41,343 nucleotides of DNA, from positions 1-41,343 of the IMG/VR virus record IMGVR_UViG_3300048838_000649. One strand, written 5' to 3'. The DNA comes from a virus (lineage: Duplodnaviria; Caudoviricetes). Under the pieces are notes generated by a model. That model did no database searches. It was given only the letters and a program-made list of their open reading frames with translations, and was not told the origin of the DNA. Below are positions 7,687 through 16,876 of the stretch, one piece after another (positions within the stretch are counted from its first letter, which is position 1; every line of letters begins with the position of its first letter). Both the position numbers and the translations under genes were made by a program.

Positions 7687-7863
7687 ATGAAAGACAACAA
7701 CGGTCAAACCTATGGCGATCGTCTGAACTCGTTTGCTTTCTCTCTACGAGAGGTATACAGACGTGGGTTTATGGATGGAGCCAAAGAAATGCTGTTGAAC
7801 CCACAGAGTTTCGAGATCGAGCAGATACACAAACCTAGAAAACGATCTACTACAACCGAGTAA
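7687..7863 (+). CDS. Hypothetical protein
   Basis: SD GAGGGGGTG before ATG 7687, TAATG-coupled to the next ORF. Confidence 0.55.
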   Translation: MKDNNGQTYGDRLNSFAFSLREVYRRGFMDGAKEMLLNPQSFEIEQIHKPRKRSTTTE

Positions 7864-8066
7864 TGGAACGAATCTCACGCGAGGACGATGAAAATCTCTA
7901 CCAGCCCAAGCTGCACTCAGATAGGGTAAGAGAGTTGTATGTTCTAAAAGAGAGAACTGGAGTGCCAATGACAGTGTTGATTGATCGGGCGGTGGCTGAG
8001 TTGGTTGTGAGATACGCAGCCAAAGTGGAAGATTCTCAACTGGTAGAAACCTCGGAATTGGACTAG
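7863..8066 (+). CDS. Ribbon-helix-helix-like DNA-binding protein
   Basis: RVRELYVLKERTGVPMTVLIDRAV helix pair. Confidence 0.65.
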   Translation: MERISREDDENLYQPKLHSDRVRELYVLKERTGVPMTVLIDRAVAELVVRYAAKVEDSQLVETSELD

Positions 8067-8104
8067 AATATGTGTTCCAATTGTGGCTAGGCTGAGCGAG
8101 GTGT

Positions 8105-8797
8105 TTGTTGGCTGACAATCCACGTACGCAGGGCGGAATATCAACGTCTGATCTAATACGAAGTGCATATTCGGGTGACAATTCCCAACTATTTCCGTTG
8201 ATTCTTGAACTTCATGTACCAAAGGGTTCGAAGATAGCCGATGTAACCTACGGCAAAGGAGTCTTTTGGCGAAACGTACCCGATGACCTTTACGACGTGG
8301 TAGCATCGGATATAGCCACAGGAGTGGACTGCCGCGCCTTACCCTACGACGACGAATCGTTTGATTGCATAGTGCTAGATCCACCATACATGGAAGGCTT
8401 CTATAGAACTAGCAATTCACAGAAGGCTGGATCTGGGACACACTCATCATTCAGAGAAGCCTACTCTAACGGCGACGAGAAGAATGCAGACACACGAAAC
8501 TCAGGAACAAAGAAATGGCACGCTGCGGTAACTGATATGTATTTCCGCGCTGGTATTGAAGCGTATAGGGTGCTTAGGCAGAAAGGTATTCTCATCGTCA
8601 AGTGCCAAGACGAAGTCAGCGCGGGGAAACAGTGGCTAACCCACGTCGAGATAATTAACGAATATGAGGCATCGGGTTACTACACCAAGGACTTATTCGT
8701 TCTTATGAGGAATAATCGCCCAGGAGTGAGTCGATTAAAGAATCAAGTTCATGCCAGAAAGAATCACTCCTACTTTCTAGTCTTTGTGAAGCGCTGA
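8105..8797 (+). CDS. DNA amino-methyltransferase (N6A/N4C)
   Basis: SAM-binding DVTYGKG, catalytic [20 protein letters not shown] upstream. Confidence 0.88.
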   Translation: MLADNPRTQGGISTSDLIRSAYSGDNSQLFPLILELHVPKGSKIADVTYGKGVFWRNVPDDLYDVVASDIATGVDCRALPYDDESFDCIVLDPPYMEGFYRTSNSQKAGSGTHSSFREAYSNGDEKNADTRNSGTKKWHAAVTDMYFRAGIEAYRVLRQKGILIVKCQDEVSAGKQWLTHVEIINEYEASGYYTKDLFVLMRNNRPGVSRLKNQVHARKNHSYFLVFVKR

Positions 8798-9424
8798 ATC
8801 TTCGGCCTCATCGATTTCATCAGGCTCACGACCCAAACCCGCCTCTACCATTTCGTCAAGCAATATGCGGACATCAGAATAGAAAGGCGGTTTAGGTGGC
8901 CATGTAACTGGGATCAAACTTGCAACCACACTTTTCTGTTGATAAGGCGTATAGCGCTTATACGTAGAGTAAGGTAGATCTTCGTTCCTAGCGAACACAA
9001 ATCTCCACTCTTCCCCAAACCCATAACAATTGACAGCGAGAATATCAAACTCTCCCCTAAGTAAAAGGGTAGTAGTCATTGATGACCCATCAGGCAAGAT
9101 GATAGTTCGGCGGTCACTAGCATCGACTTGTGCTTTGCCAGACCAAATACCTGTTTTGCTATCATGTTTAACCATTCCAGTTTGGAGCGATTTGGACTCG
9201 ACATCGAATGCTTTGCCTCTGTAGATAATATACAGATCGCCCTTCTTCTTCCGATCATGATCATCAAACTTGGTCGTGTAAGACACTTCAGGAAACGCCA
9301 AAATCAACTCTTTCAGCTTCATTTCGGCTACGTAACCTAACAACATACCCCTCAAACTCGGGTTCTCATCAAGTAGCTGAGTGAGGTCATCTGGGGAGAT
9401 TTCCCATTTCTCCAAGATATTCAC
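8777..9424 (-). CDS. Putative type II restriction endonuclease
   Basis: GYVAE...GDLYI...VESKS (E-D-ExK). Convergent with and overlapping the MTase. AGGAG before the GTG start. Confidence 0.72.
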   Translation of the reverse strand: MNILEKWEISPDDLTQLLDENPSLRGMLLGYVAEMKLKELILAFPEVSYTTKFDDHDRKKKGDLYIIYRGKAFDVESKSLQTGMVKHDSKTGIWSGKAQVDASDRRTIILPDGSSMTTTLLLRGEFDILAVNCYGFGEEWRFVFARNEDLPYSTYKRYTPYQQKSVVASLIPVTWPPKPPFYSDVRILLDEMVEAGLGREPDEIDEAEDSALHKD

Positions 9425-9443
9425 AAGATTCTCCTATTCGACT

Positions 9444-9457
9444 GGATTTTAAAATCC
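9444..9457. promoter_or_regulatory. 14-bp perfect palindrome between divergent defence genes
   Basis: GGATTTTAAAATCC. Confidence 0.4.
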
Positions 9458-9558
9458 GATCCTATGCAAGAATCTGAATCTGGCAAGCTTTGGAAGATTG
9501 GCGAATACAAATGTGACGCAATACAATCGCAGGTAAGCCAGCAATTTACCTTAGGAGG

Positions 9559-10374
9559 GTGAAGGTGTCGGATCTAACAAGCAGAGAAAAGTTTAAACTA
9601 GAGGGGCTCTTCAATATGGAGACTGGTTATGTTCTCGATTTCTCGAACCGAACCTTTGAGGAGTTTTTCTTAACAGATTTCAACATCGAGATATATGACC
9701 CTAAGTATCATTTCGGTTCCAACTCTAAGGCAAACCTGCTACGGAAATTCTGGAGTCTAGAGAGCAACTACTTGGTTGGACAGGTGACCAAAGCGTTAAT
9801 GGATCGCTGGCGTGATCTTAATCTGCTCAATGATGCCGATCTGACCCCTCAAGTCTACGACGGCTGTATCCCAATAGTAGAGCGCCTCTTGCAGGGTGGA
9901 TCTGTAGAATACCTTGATGCGATTAAACCCTTTGCCAATGAGCGAGACCTAGAACTGCTGGAGCGATTGATCCGTGAGAGCCTTGTAAGGAACGAGCCTG
10001 AAGTGGCGCTAGACAGGCTGCATACCTTTATGGTCAAGTACGTTCGCCATGTGTGCGACAAACATGGAATCCAATATGATCGCGACAGACCGCTTCATGC
10101 CTTGTACGGTCAGTACGTGAAGCATTTGAGACAGAGTGGCGTCATCGAGTCCGATATGACGGAAAGGATCTTGAAGACGTTTATCTCGCTGCTTGAGAGC
10201 TTCAACTTTGTTAGGAATCAAAGGAGCCTTGCACACGATAACCCTGTGTTGAATTATCAGGAGAGTGAGCTGATCGCCAGTGGCGTCTTATTGGCACTGA
10301 AGTACCTGAGATCTATAGAGGAAGAAGAAGCGGAGACTGAAGACGAAGAAAATGACTTGGAGATCCCGTTTTAG
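9559..10374 (+). CDS. Abortive-infection family protein (AbiJ-like N-terminus, Abi_C/HEPN-like C-terminus)
   Basis: GYVLDFSNRTF...GSNSKANLLR N-domain and VRNQRSLAH (HEPN-like R...H). SD AGGAGG. Confidence 0.82.
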   Translation: MKVSDLTSREKFKLEGLFNMETGYVLDFSNRTFEEFFLTDFNIEIYDPKYHFGSNSKANLLRKFWSLESNYLVGQVTKALMDRWRDLNLLNDADLTPQVYDGCIPIVERLLQGGSVEYLDAIKPFANERDLELLERLIRESLVRNEPEVALDRLHTFMVKYVRHVCDKHGIQYDRDRPLHALYGQYVKHLRQSGVIESDMTERILKTFISLLESFNFVRNQRSLAHDNPVLNYQESELIASGVLLALKYLRSIEEEEAETEDEENDLEIPF

Positions 10375-10696
10375 GATAGAACACTTCCTTTGCACGCTCC
10401 TTGTTAATTTAGGAGTGTTGTTGCTTTCTTGTTGTTCGGCACCGCCCGATCAGCTGAGTCATTCGTACGAATTAGACCAGCGCATCACCCACATGATCAC
10501 AGGTGAAGATTACTGGCCGGATATTAAAATCACCTACCACGGCGACTCTGATTCAAGATTGTGCTACGTTGCGGTTGAGGATGAGGAAGTTTGGCATGGG
10601 ATAGCGAATAAAATTGAGGGAGAATGGTTTGTGACGCAGCCAAGTCTAGAGAGAGATTTTTTGAGGTGTTACTCTTATCGGGAGGTTCAGAGCTGA
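10352..10696 (+). CDS. Putative lipoprotein or exported protein
   Basis: Hydrophobic stretch ending LLLSCC. Confidence 0.5.
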   Translation: MTWRSRFRIEHFLCTLLVNLGVLLLSCCSAPPDQLSHSYELDQRITHMITGEDYWPDIKITYHGDSDSRLCYVAVEDEEVWHGIANKIEGEWFVTQPSLERDFLRCYSYREVQS

Positions 10697-11184
10697 TGAG
10701 CAGAAATTTCAAAGATGAGATGAAGCGCATCGCCGATGAAAAGAATCAGCGTGAGCTTGAAGCGCAACGCGAAAGGCAACGGAAAATGGAAGAAGAGAGG
10801 CTTGCGAAGGAAAGAGACGAAGCTGAAAGGCAAAGCCGAGTACGGTGGATGGAGGAGAATTTAAAACCTTACTTGGAGGAGATCAACAAGACCTTTCTTG
10901 AGGGTAAGGGAAAGGTCGTCGTCGATAAGTATGTCTGGTCTGTAATAGTGAAGTGGGATCTGTATATAAAGACCATCACCAGAAGCGATAATGATAGTTT
11001 TGAAGAACACGGTAAGAAAATCCGTTTGGATAAGAACTGGGAAAGTAACACTGTAGAGGTGTCTACTGGAGACCATGGGTCTGTAACTAGGTTTGGGTCC
11101 GTAAATCTGTCCAATGCAATCTGGCGCGATGATCTTGAAGTTTTGTTGATCAAAGCCGTTGAGTCAGGAGAATTTGATTTCTAG
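10696..11184 (+). CDS. Hypothetical protein with N-terminal charged coiled coil
   Basis: SD GGAGG and TGATG overlap give ATG 10696. Confidence 0.75.
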   Translation: MSRNFKDEMKRIADEKNQRELEAQRERQRKMEEERLAKERDEAERQSRVRWMEENLKPYLEEINKTFLEGKGKVVVDKYVWSVIVKWDLYIKTITRSDNDSFEEHGKKIRLDKNWESNTVEVSTGDHGSVTRFGSVNLSNAIWRDDLEVLLIKAVESGEFDF

Positions 11185-11480
11185 GTTTCAGCTTGAAATC
11201 CACCCATTGAAGAAATGCAAGACTAAAAACGGTCTAGTATGCCTTTCTAAAAAATCCTAGATACCCGCACAATTTCCGCAACTATGTTAATCCTTTATTC
11301 CCTTACTCCCCTCTCGGATAGGTGTACCCCTCTCAGGTTCAAAAGACCCCTGTTTTTAGTGGTAGGGTAGGGGAGGAGTCTGTATATTGATAACCGCAGT
11401 CTGATAATGCTAGACTGATCATGGTCCGAATGACACTAGATTCTTACACACTTTGGCACGGAGAAATACTGAGGTAAATG

Positions 11481-11524
11481 TGTTATGATGTCCTAAAGCG
11501 TTGTGGTTAGCATATGCAGTTTAG
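11481..11524 (+). promoter_or_regulatory. Extended -10 promoter plus AAGCGTTGT leader hairpin (copy 1)
   Basis: TGT-TATGAT, then CTAAAGCGTTGTG pairing with CATATGC..TTTAG over ATG 11514. Confidence 0.7.
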
Positions 11525-12230
11525 CGACACCACAGATTACAACGGCCTCATACAAGATATTGACTTTCTCCTCTTTGGTGATGGCAGCAACCTAAACACT
11601 GCTTACTCTCTCAAGGACAGAACAAGAAACATAAACATCGCCTATGATGAAGTGGTATCTGAGCTTTTTAAAGCTGATCCCAACTTCATGTGGGATGACT
11701 TCACTAATGCTGATTTCCCGATCGCCACGATTGACCTTACCGCTGGTCAAGACCACTACACAGTTCCAGATGCATCTCTAGTTATCCATCGCGTTCGGAT
11801 AAAGAATCGAGATGGTAAGTTTGTCACTCTCACCCCTGTACTAAGAAGAGAGCTATCTGATACCGATCTACGATCAACCGGAACGCCCTCGACCTACTAC
11901 AAAATTGATAACGCTCTATTCCCTATTCCTGTTCCTGACTATGGATCATCGGGTGGGGTAGAGCTTGAGTTCCAACGTGGAGCCAACCACTTTGAGAGCG
12001 CGGATACAACCCAGTCGCCAGGCTTCAATCCTCAGTTTCACCAGTTTCTATCAGTAGGAGCTGCACTTCGCTATGCCGTAGCAAATGGAATGAGTGAAAA
12101 GGTGAGCCAGCTATCGGCCGAAAAAGAGAGAATCAGGGCTGCTGTTCAAGACCACTATGCGCGAAGATCTCCAGATGACCGAACCAGACTACGACTAGCC
12201 AAGGCAGATATTAAAACCTACGGACTATGA
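11514..12230 (+). CDS. Head-tail adaptor / head-completion protein
   Basis: 238 aa. IDLTAGQDHYTVP, GTPSTYY, IPVPD, FHQFLSVGAALRY pattern of podophage adaptors. Confidence 0.65.
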   Translation: MQFSDTTDYNGLIQDIDFLLFGDGSNLNTAYSLKDRTRNINIAYDEVVSELFKADPNFMWDDFTNADFPIATIDLTAGQDHYTVPDASLVIHRVRIKNRDGKFVTLTPVLRRELSDTDLRSTGTPSTYYKIDNALFPIPVPDYGSSGGVELEFQRGANHFESADTTQSPGFNPQFHQFLSVGAALRYAVANGMSEKVSQLSAEKERIRAAVQDHYARRSPDDRTRLRLAKADIKTYGL

Positions 12231-14011
12231 CAAAGGACAAACAATCATCACTATTCAAGAGAATGGAGTCAGATGTCGATTCCTATATAAGTAGCAGCAT
12301 TGAACTATCGCCTGAGGTTAAGTTCAGTCAGTACAAGCTAATCAACCGAATCTACAAATTCAGAAACCGAGACTTGACTGGCAACAAGATCAACTCCGAT
12401 CTGTCTTACAACTACTACTACGACATTATCGCACCAAGAGTTGATAGCGAGGTCAAGAACCTGCGCTTTGACACCAAACACATACTTGTGTTCTCGATAA
12501 ACCCCAGACTAGACTTCGCCGCTGTTTTCTTGGCCAATGCCTCACTCAAAGATTGGATGGCAGAAAACGGAGAGGATGACAAGCTTAAAGCAGCGGTGGA
12601 GGAGTTTGTCACTAACGGAAACGTAGGTTTTAAAAAGGTAAGAGGTGGTTACGAAATGGTTGATCACCTAAATACCTACATAACTAATACAAGAGCAGAA
12701 ACCATCGACGACACAGATATTATCGAACGCCACGAGATGACTGCCTCCCAGCTAAGGGGCATGAGCGAGTGGGAAAATGTGGATGATGTCATCGAGCACT
12801 TGGGGAATAAGAGCTTCACAGCCTCGACTCAGACCACTCCGATTGAATCGACCGGAAAGAGATATGAGATTTTTGAGTTTACTGGAGAAGTATCAGAGAA
12901 AGAGTTTAACGAAGCCAATGGCGATAGTGGAGGAGACGACAGCAAATATTTCTTAGCCAAGGTGATAGTGGCAGGCCTCAAGAAGAATGGTACAGGAAAG
13001 AAGTACACACTGTTTGCAGAACGACTAGATGGCAAGATGTCAGACCACTACATCTACGCCCACCGAGGCAAATACGAAGGCAGATTCTGGCGTGTGGGTA
13101 TGTACGAACTTCTATTTGACCATCAGATCAGAGCCAATGAGATCGGAAACCAACTCGCTCGAGGTCTTGATTGGGCATCTAAGGTTGTTTTCAGAAGCAA
13201 AGACTCAAGGGTTTTACAAAACATCAGAGCCGATATTGATAATGGCGACGTGGTGATCACAGAAGACCTTATGCAGGTCGATGTCAGGATGAGGGGATTG
13301 GATCAGTTGATCGCTGATTGGAACCGCCTCATGGAGGACGCAGACAGACTAAGCAATTCGTTTGAGGTTGTCAGAGGCGAGGCACTACCTTCAGGCACAC
13401 CATTTAGGCTTGGGCTTCTTACCGACCAAAATGCAGGGAAGCTGTTTATCATGCTCAGACAAAAGCTAACGCTTCCATACAAGCGAGTATTTAGGCAATG
13501 GGTCATGCCCGAACTTTTAAAGGATATGAAGGGTAAGGACATCTTCAGGCTTGTCGGAGATACAGAGATTTTGGATCAGTTCAGGGAGATATTGGTTGAG
13601 AGTTGGTACGTAAAGAACCTTGTGGCAATTGGTCCACACACCAAAGACATAGCCAAAGCGATCAAGGAGGAGAAGCTGGACGAACTAAAAAAGATTGATC
13701 CAACTATTAAAAATGCCAAAGAGATATGGGAAGGAGTACTTCCAAGGCTTCACATCACAATCACAGGCGAGAACTCCGACATTGCTGATAACGTGCAAGA
13801 TCTCATCAATCTGGTTCAAATCGAGCAAGACCCAGACAGGATTGCGTGGATACTCGATACGCTTTACAAGATTCGTGGCATACCAGTACCACCGAAACGT
13901 GAGGAAGCGCCGGCCGAGGCCCAACTAAACAGCAGAAACCCGCAAAATGCACAACGCGAAGGACAAGCACAGGCTCAGGCACAGCAAGGAGAGCAACCAG
14001 TGACACAGTGA
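12227..14011 (+). CDS. Portal protein (P22-like)
   Basis: 594 aa, helical, Q-rich C-terminal tail, GEALPSGTPF clip-like segment. No other portal candidate in the prophage. Confidence 0.72.
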   Translation: MTKDKQSSLFKRMESDVDSYISSSIELSPEVKFSQYKLINRIYKFRNRDLTGNKINSDLSYNYYYDIIAPRVDSEVKNLRFDTKHILVFSINPRLDFAAVFLANASLKDWMAENGEDDKLKAAVEEFVTNGNVGFKKVRGGYEMVDHLNTYITNTRAETIDDTDIIERHEMTASQLRGMSEWENVDDVIEHLGNKSFTASTQTTPIESTGKRYEIFEFTGEVSEKEFNEANGDSGGDDSKYFLAKVIVAGLKKNGTGKKYTLFAERLDGKMSDHYIYAHRGKYEGRFWRVGMYELLFDHQIRANEIGNQLARGLDWASKVVFRSKDSRVLQNIRADIDNGDVVITEDLMQVDVRMRGLDQLIADWNRLMEDADRLSNSFEVVRGEALPSGTPFRLGLLTDQNAGKLFIMLRQKLTLPYKRVFRQWVMPELLKDMKGKDIFRLVGDTEILDQFREILVESWYVKNLVAIGPHTKDIAKAIKEEKLDELKKIDPTIKNAKEIWEGVLPRLHITITGENSDIADNVQDLINLVQIEQDPDRIAWILDTLYKIRGIPVPPKREEAPAEAQLNSRNPQNAQREGQAQAQAQQGEQPVTQ

Positions 14012-14012
14012 T

Positions 14013-15449
14013 ATGGCAGCAGATACAGATTTTTCAATTGAGTTTAGTTCGTTTAACGAGGGTTTAGCCCCACTTGCCCATATAGACAGTAAGACGTTTC
14101 TAGGCAACAAAGGCCAAGCCAGTACCATGCGTGCTGATGTCGTTTCCAACCCCGGATTCTTACAGCAAAGCCCCGGACTTTCTGATCTAACCAATGGAAC
14201 TCAAGCTGGAGTGGTAGACCAGCTCATTAGACACATTCTAGATAAGCCCACAGCTTCAGACACTACCTACGCAATTGGCACAACCAAGCTATTTAAAATC
14301 TCAACAACGACTGTCGCGAGTGGCGGATCACCTTCATGGCCACAGTCAGTCACAAGCATGACCGAAGGTGAAAGTGTCATCAGACTCAAAGCAAACCTCT
14401 ACGGGTTCTACAACACCTCCTCAGCAGGCGATATCTTAAAGATGCCTCTTTCTTCTGAGGCAATAGACAACGACTGGGGAAGCACAACAGACGCAGCTCT
14501 TGAGCAGGCACTTCATCCATCAGCAGCCAAAGAAGACATTATGGTCTTTGGCAACGGGCGTTATCTGGGTGCGTATATTGAAGGCGCATCGTCTTTGGAT
14601 GTGCAGAAGCTCGACTTTGGCGAAGGGGCAGAAGTCGCGGACGTGGTGTTTCACTCTAATGTTTGGTGGATAGCAGTCAACTATGGAGAAGGAAAGAGAA
14701 GTGATATATATCTCTATGACGGCTCTGCACTTTCCAATATTTTGTCAGACGAGGCGGGTGTCGGTGATCAGAAAATAGGATTCCTCTATGTCCTTAACGG
14801 GATTGTCTATCTTGCCTATCAGGATAACAGTTCAGGTGCTTTCACAATCGGCTGGCTTTCGGGTAGACAGATAAAGCCGCTTAGATACTTTTCAGGCACA
14901 CTACCAGATCACAGACAGAAAACACTCTACAAGAACACGATCCTCTTTGCATCTAGTGCTGACGTTTGGAGCATGGGAGCTTCGGTTGAACAACTACCGA
15001 TACAGGTATCTACACTTGCAGACGCTGGACACGCGACACTAGGGGCTGTGGCTACGCCTTTTGGAACCCCGATGATTGCCAGTACCGATGGAAGTTCAAA
15101 CCATCGCCTTGCTCAATTTAGCGGACTCTCCACAACATCAAACTGGAAGAGTGTGTTTGTTGACCTAACCAAACAAAGGATGATCGGCAAGGTTCACACC
15201 ATGATTGTTGCTACCAAAGCGTTGGGATCTGATGCACAGGCCGACATCACGCTTGAAGGAAATCAAGGGGCTGAAACCTCTACGGCCGTGGAAGTGACAG
15301 GCGAGAATGAAACGAGGCATGTGTTTAGAACAATCGACTTGCCTCCTGTAGAGGATATAAGAGTTGTCGTGGATTATTCAAACGGAGATACAACCAACAA
15401 TTGTCCGATAAGAAAGATTCTGCTTTTGGGCAACTTTGTTGAACGCTGA
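14013..15449 (+). CDS. Virion structural protein, probable tail hub/nozzle
   Basis: 478 aa, beta-rich with propeller-like repeats, located among virion genes. Confidence 0.55.
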   Translation: MAADTDFSIEFSSFNEGLAPLAHIDSKTFLGNKGQASTMRADVVSNPGFLQQSPGLSDLTNGTQAGVVDQLIRHILDKPTASDTTYAIGTTKLFKISTTTVASGGSPSWPQSVTSMTEGESVIRLKANLYGFYNTSSAGDILKMPLSSEAIDNDWGSTTDAALEQALHPSAAKEDIMVFGNGRYLGAYIEGASSLDVQKLDFGEGAEVADVVFHSNVWWIAVNYGEGKRSDIYLYDGSALSNILSDEAGVGDQKIGFLYVLNGIVYLAYQDNSSGAFTIGWLSGRQIKPLRYFSGTLPDHRQKTLYKNTILFASSADVWSMGASVEQLPIQVSTLADAGHATLGAVATPFGTPMIASTDGSSNHRLAQFSGLSTTSNWKSVFVDLTKQRMIGKVHTMIVATKALGSDAQADITLEGNQGAETSTAVEVTGENETRHVFRTIDLPPVEDIRVVVDYSNGDTTNNCPIRKILLLGNFVER

Positions 15450-15450
15450 A

Positions 15451-16656
15451 ATGGCAAAGGACTTAACACCGAAATTTAAAAAGCTCAAACCGGCATCTAG
15501 AGAGCTGGATTTACAGGCTGGCGCCAGCGAGTCTGGGCAACAGGGGAGTGGTTTTTCTGTATTCTCGAATATTTTTAGTCGAGGTGAAGGTGAGGCTGTT
15601 TTTAGTATTACCAGAAATGGTGTTTCAGTTAGCTCCCCAAGAAGTCAAAAGGAAAAGAGTGGTTTTAAGCTAATCCAAGAAGCTATAGACTGGGCAAATT
15701 CACAAGGAGGGGGAACGGTATTTATTCCCGCTGGCACTTATACGATTGAATCAGATCTGACACTTTACTCGAACATAACTCTCTTGGGTGATGACGACGA
15801 CTCCACCATTATCGACTTCGATAATAATGCGTATAGCTTAAAAGCTACTGGAAGTTTTCCAGATGGTATTCTTACAAATATTCATGTCAGAAACTTGCAG
15901 TTCAAGAATTGTACTGACGCAAGTGATATGGCGATAAATTGGGCCACTGTTTATGACAGTAGTATTGAAGACTGCTATTTTACCAATAATTGGAACTCTG
16001 GAAGCGCTGCCGGTGGAGATATCAATTTGGCTGGAAATAGTTGCCAAAGAATTGCGATTAGGAGATGTAGGAGTATCGAGAGTGGAGATTTCATCAATGG
16101 AGGCGGTGGAAAATTAGTCATAACAGATAATTACATGGAGGATGGTTTAGCTAATGGGATCATTGCCAATTCAAGCGGGATTGCGACAAGTCACATCATT
16201 AATAATACTGTCAACGAACCAACAGACAGCGGATTCTATTTGGGACTAAATAGTTCTAGCAATATAGTGATGAACAATTTCATTAACTCGTTTGGGGACT
16301 ATGGCATTTATGTGAGGTCACCCGGTAATCTTCTTCAGGGAAACTACATTGATGGGGCTCTTTCTGGAAAAGACTTGATACACCTTGCCACCCTAATAAA
16401 TAGAACCCGAATACAAAACAACTACTTGTCTAGAAGTGCTGAAACTTACTCCGGAGTACACTTGTCTACTGACTGTGATGGCAATGTTATTACTGGAAAT
16501 GTGTTTTCTGGAGGTGCAACTTCTGATTATGGAGTGACTATCTCAAGCAGTTGTGATCAGACAATTGTGACTAATAATTCCTTCTTTAATATGCAGACTG
16601 ACGACGTATCAGACAGTGGGACTGGGACAATAGAAGCAAATAATGCTTCTCTTTGA
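15451..16656 (+). CDS. Tailspike-like right-handed beta-helix (pectate-lyase-like) protein
   Basis: IQEAID...GGGTVFIPAGTY and repeated N-rich PbH1 rungs (IINNTV, VMNNFI, LQGNYI, IQNNYL, ITGNVF). Confidence 0.82.
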   Translation: MAKDLTPKFKKLKPASRELDLQAGASESGQQGSGFSVFSNIFSRGEGEAVFSITRNGVSVSSPRSQKEKSGFKLIQEAIDWANSQGGGTVFIPAGTYTIESDLTLYSNITLLGDDDDSTIIDFDNNAYSLKATGSFPDGILTNIHVRNLQFKNCTDASDMAINWATVYDSSIEDCYFTNNWNSGSAAGGDINLAGNSCQRIAIRRCRSIESGDFINGGGGKLVITDNYMEDGLANGIIANSSGIATSHIINNTVNEPTDSGFYLGLNSSSNIVMNNFINSFGDYGIYVRSPGNLLQGNYIDGALSGKDLIHLATLINRTRIQNNYLSRSAETYSGVHLSTDCDGNVITGNVFSGGATSDYGVTISSSCDQTIVTNNSFFNMQTDDVSDSGTGTIEANNASL

Positions 16657-16657
16657 T

Positions 16658-16825
16658 ATGCATAAAAATTTAATGATTATTGGTCTTGTTTTGATCGTTA
16701 TTGGTTTGGTCATGTTAATTTATTGGCAAAGAGAGTTTGTTCAACTCCAGCCATTAAATTGTCCGCAATTCAGAAATCACTTTGCTTACAGCAGCTTTAT
16801 CACTGCTGATAGTGGGCGATTTTGA
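16658..16825 (+). CDS. Small single-TM protein
   Basis: MHKNLMIIGLVLIVIGLVMLIYWQ..., starting 1 nt after the tailspike stop. Confidence 0.5.
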   Translation: MHKNLMIIGLVLIVIGLVMLIYWQREFVQLQPLNCPQFRNHFAYSSFITADSGRF

Positions 16826-16876
16826 TGATATACTGAAAATATGTAAAGCGTTGTGAAGATCAGACAACGCTTTATG
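16826..16876 (+). promoter_or_regulatory. Extended -10 promoter plus leader hairpin (copy 2)
   Basis: TGA-TATACT, then TGTAAAGCGTTGT (16842-16854) pairing with ACAACGCTTTATG (16864-16876). Confidence 0.8.
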
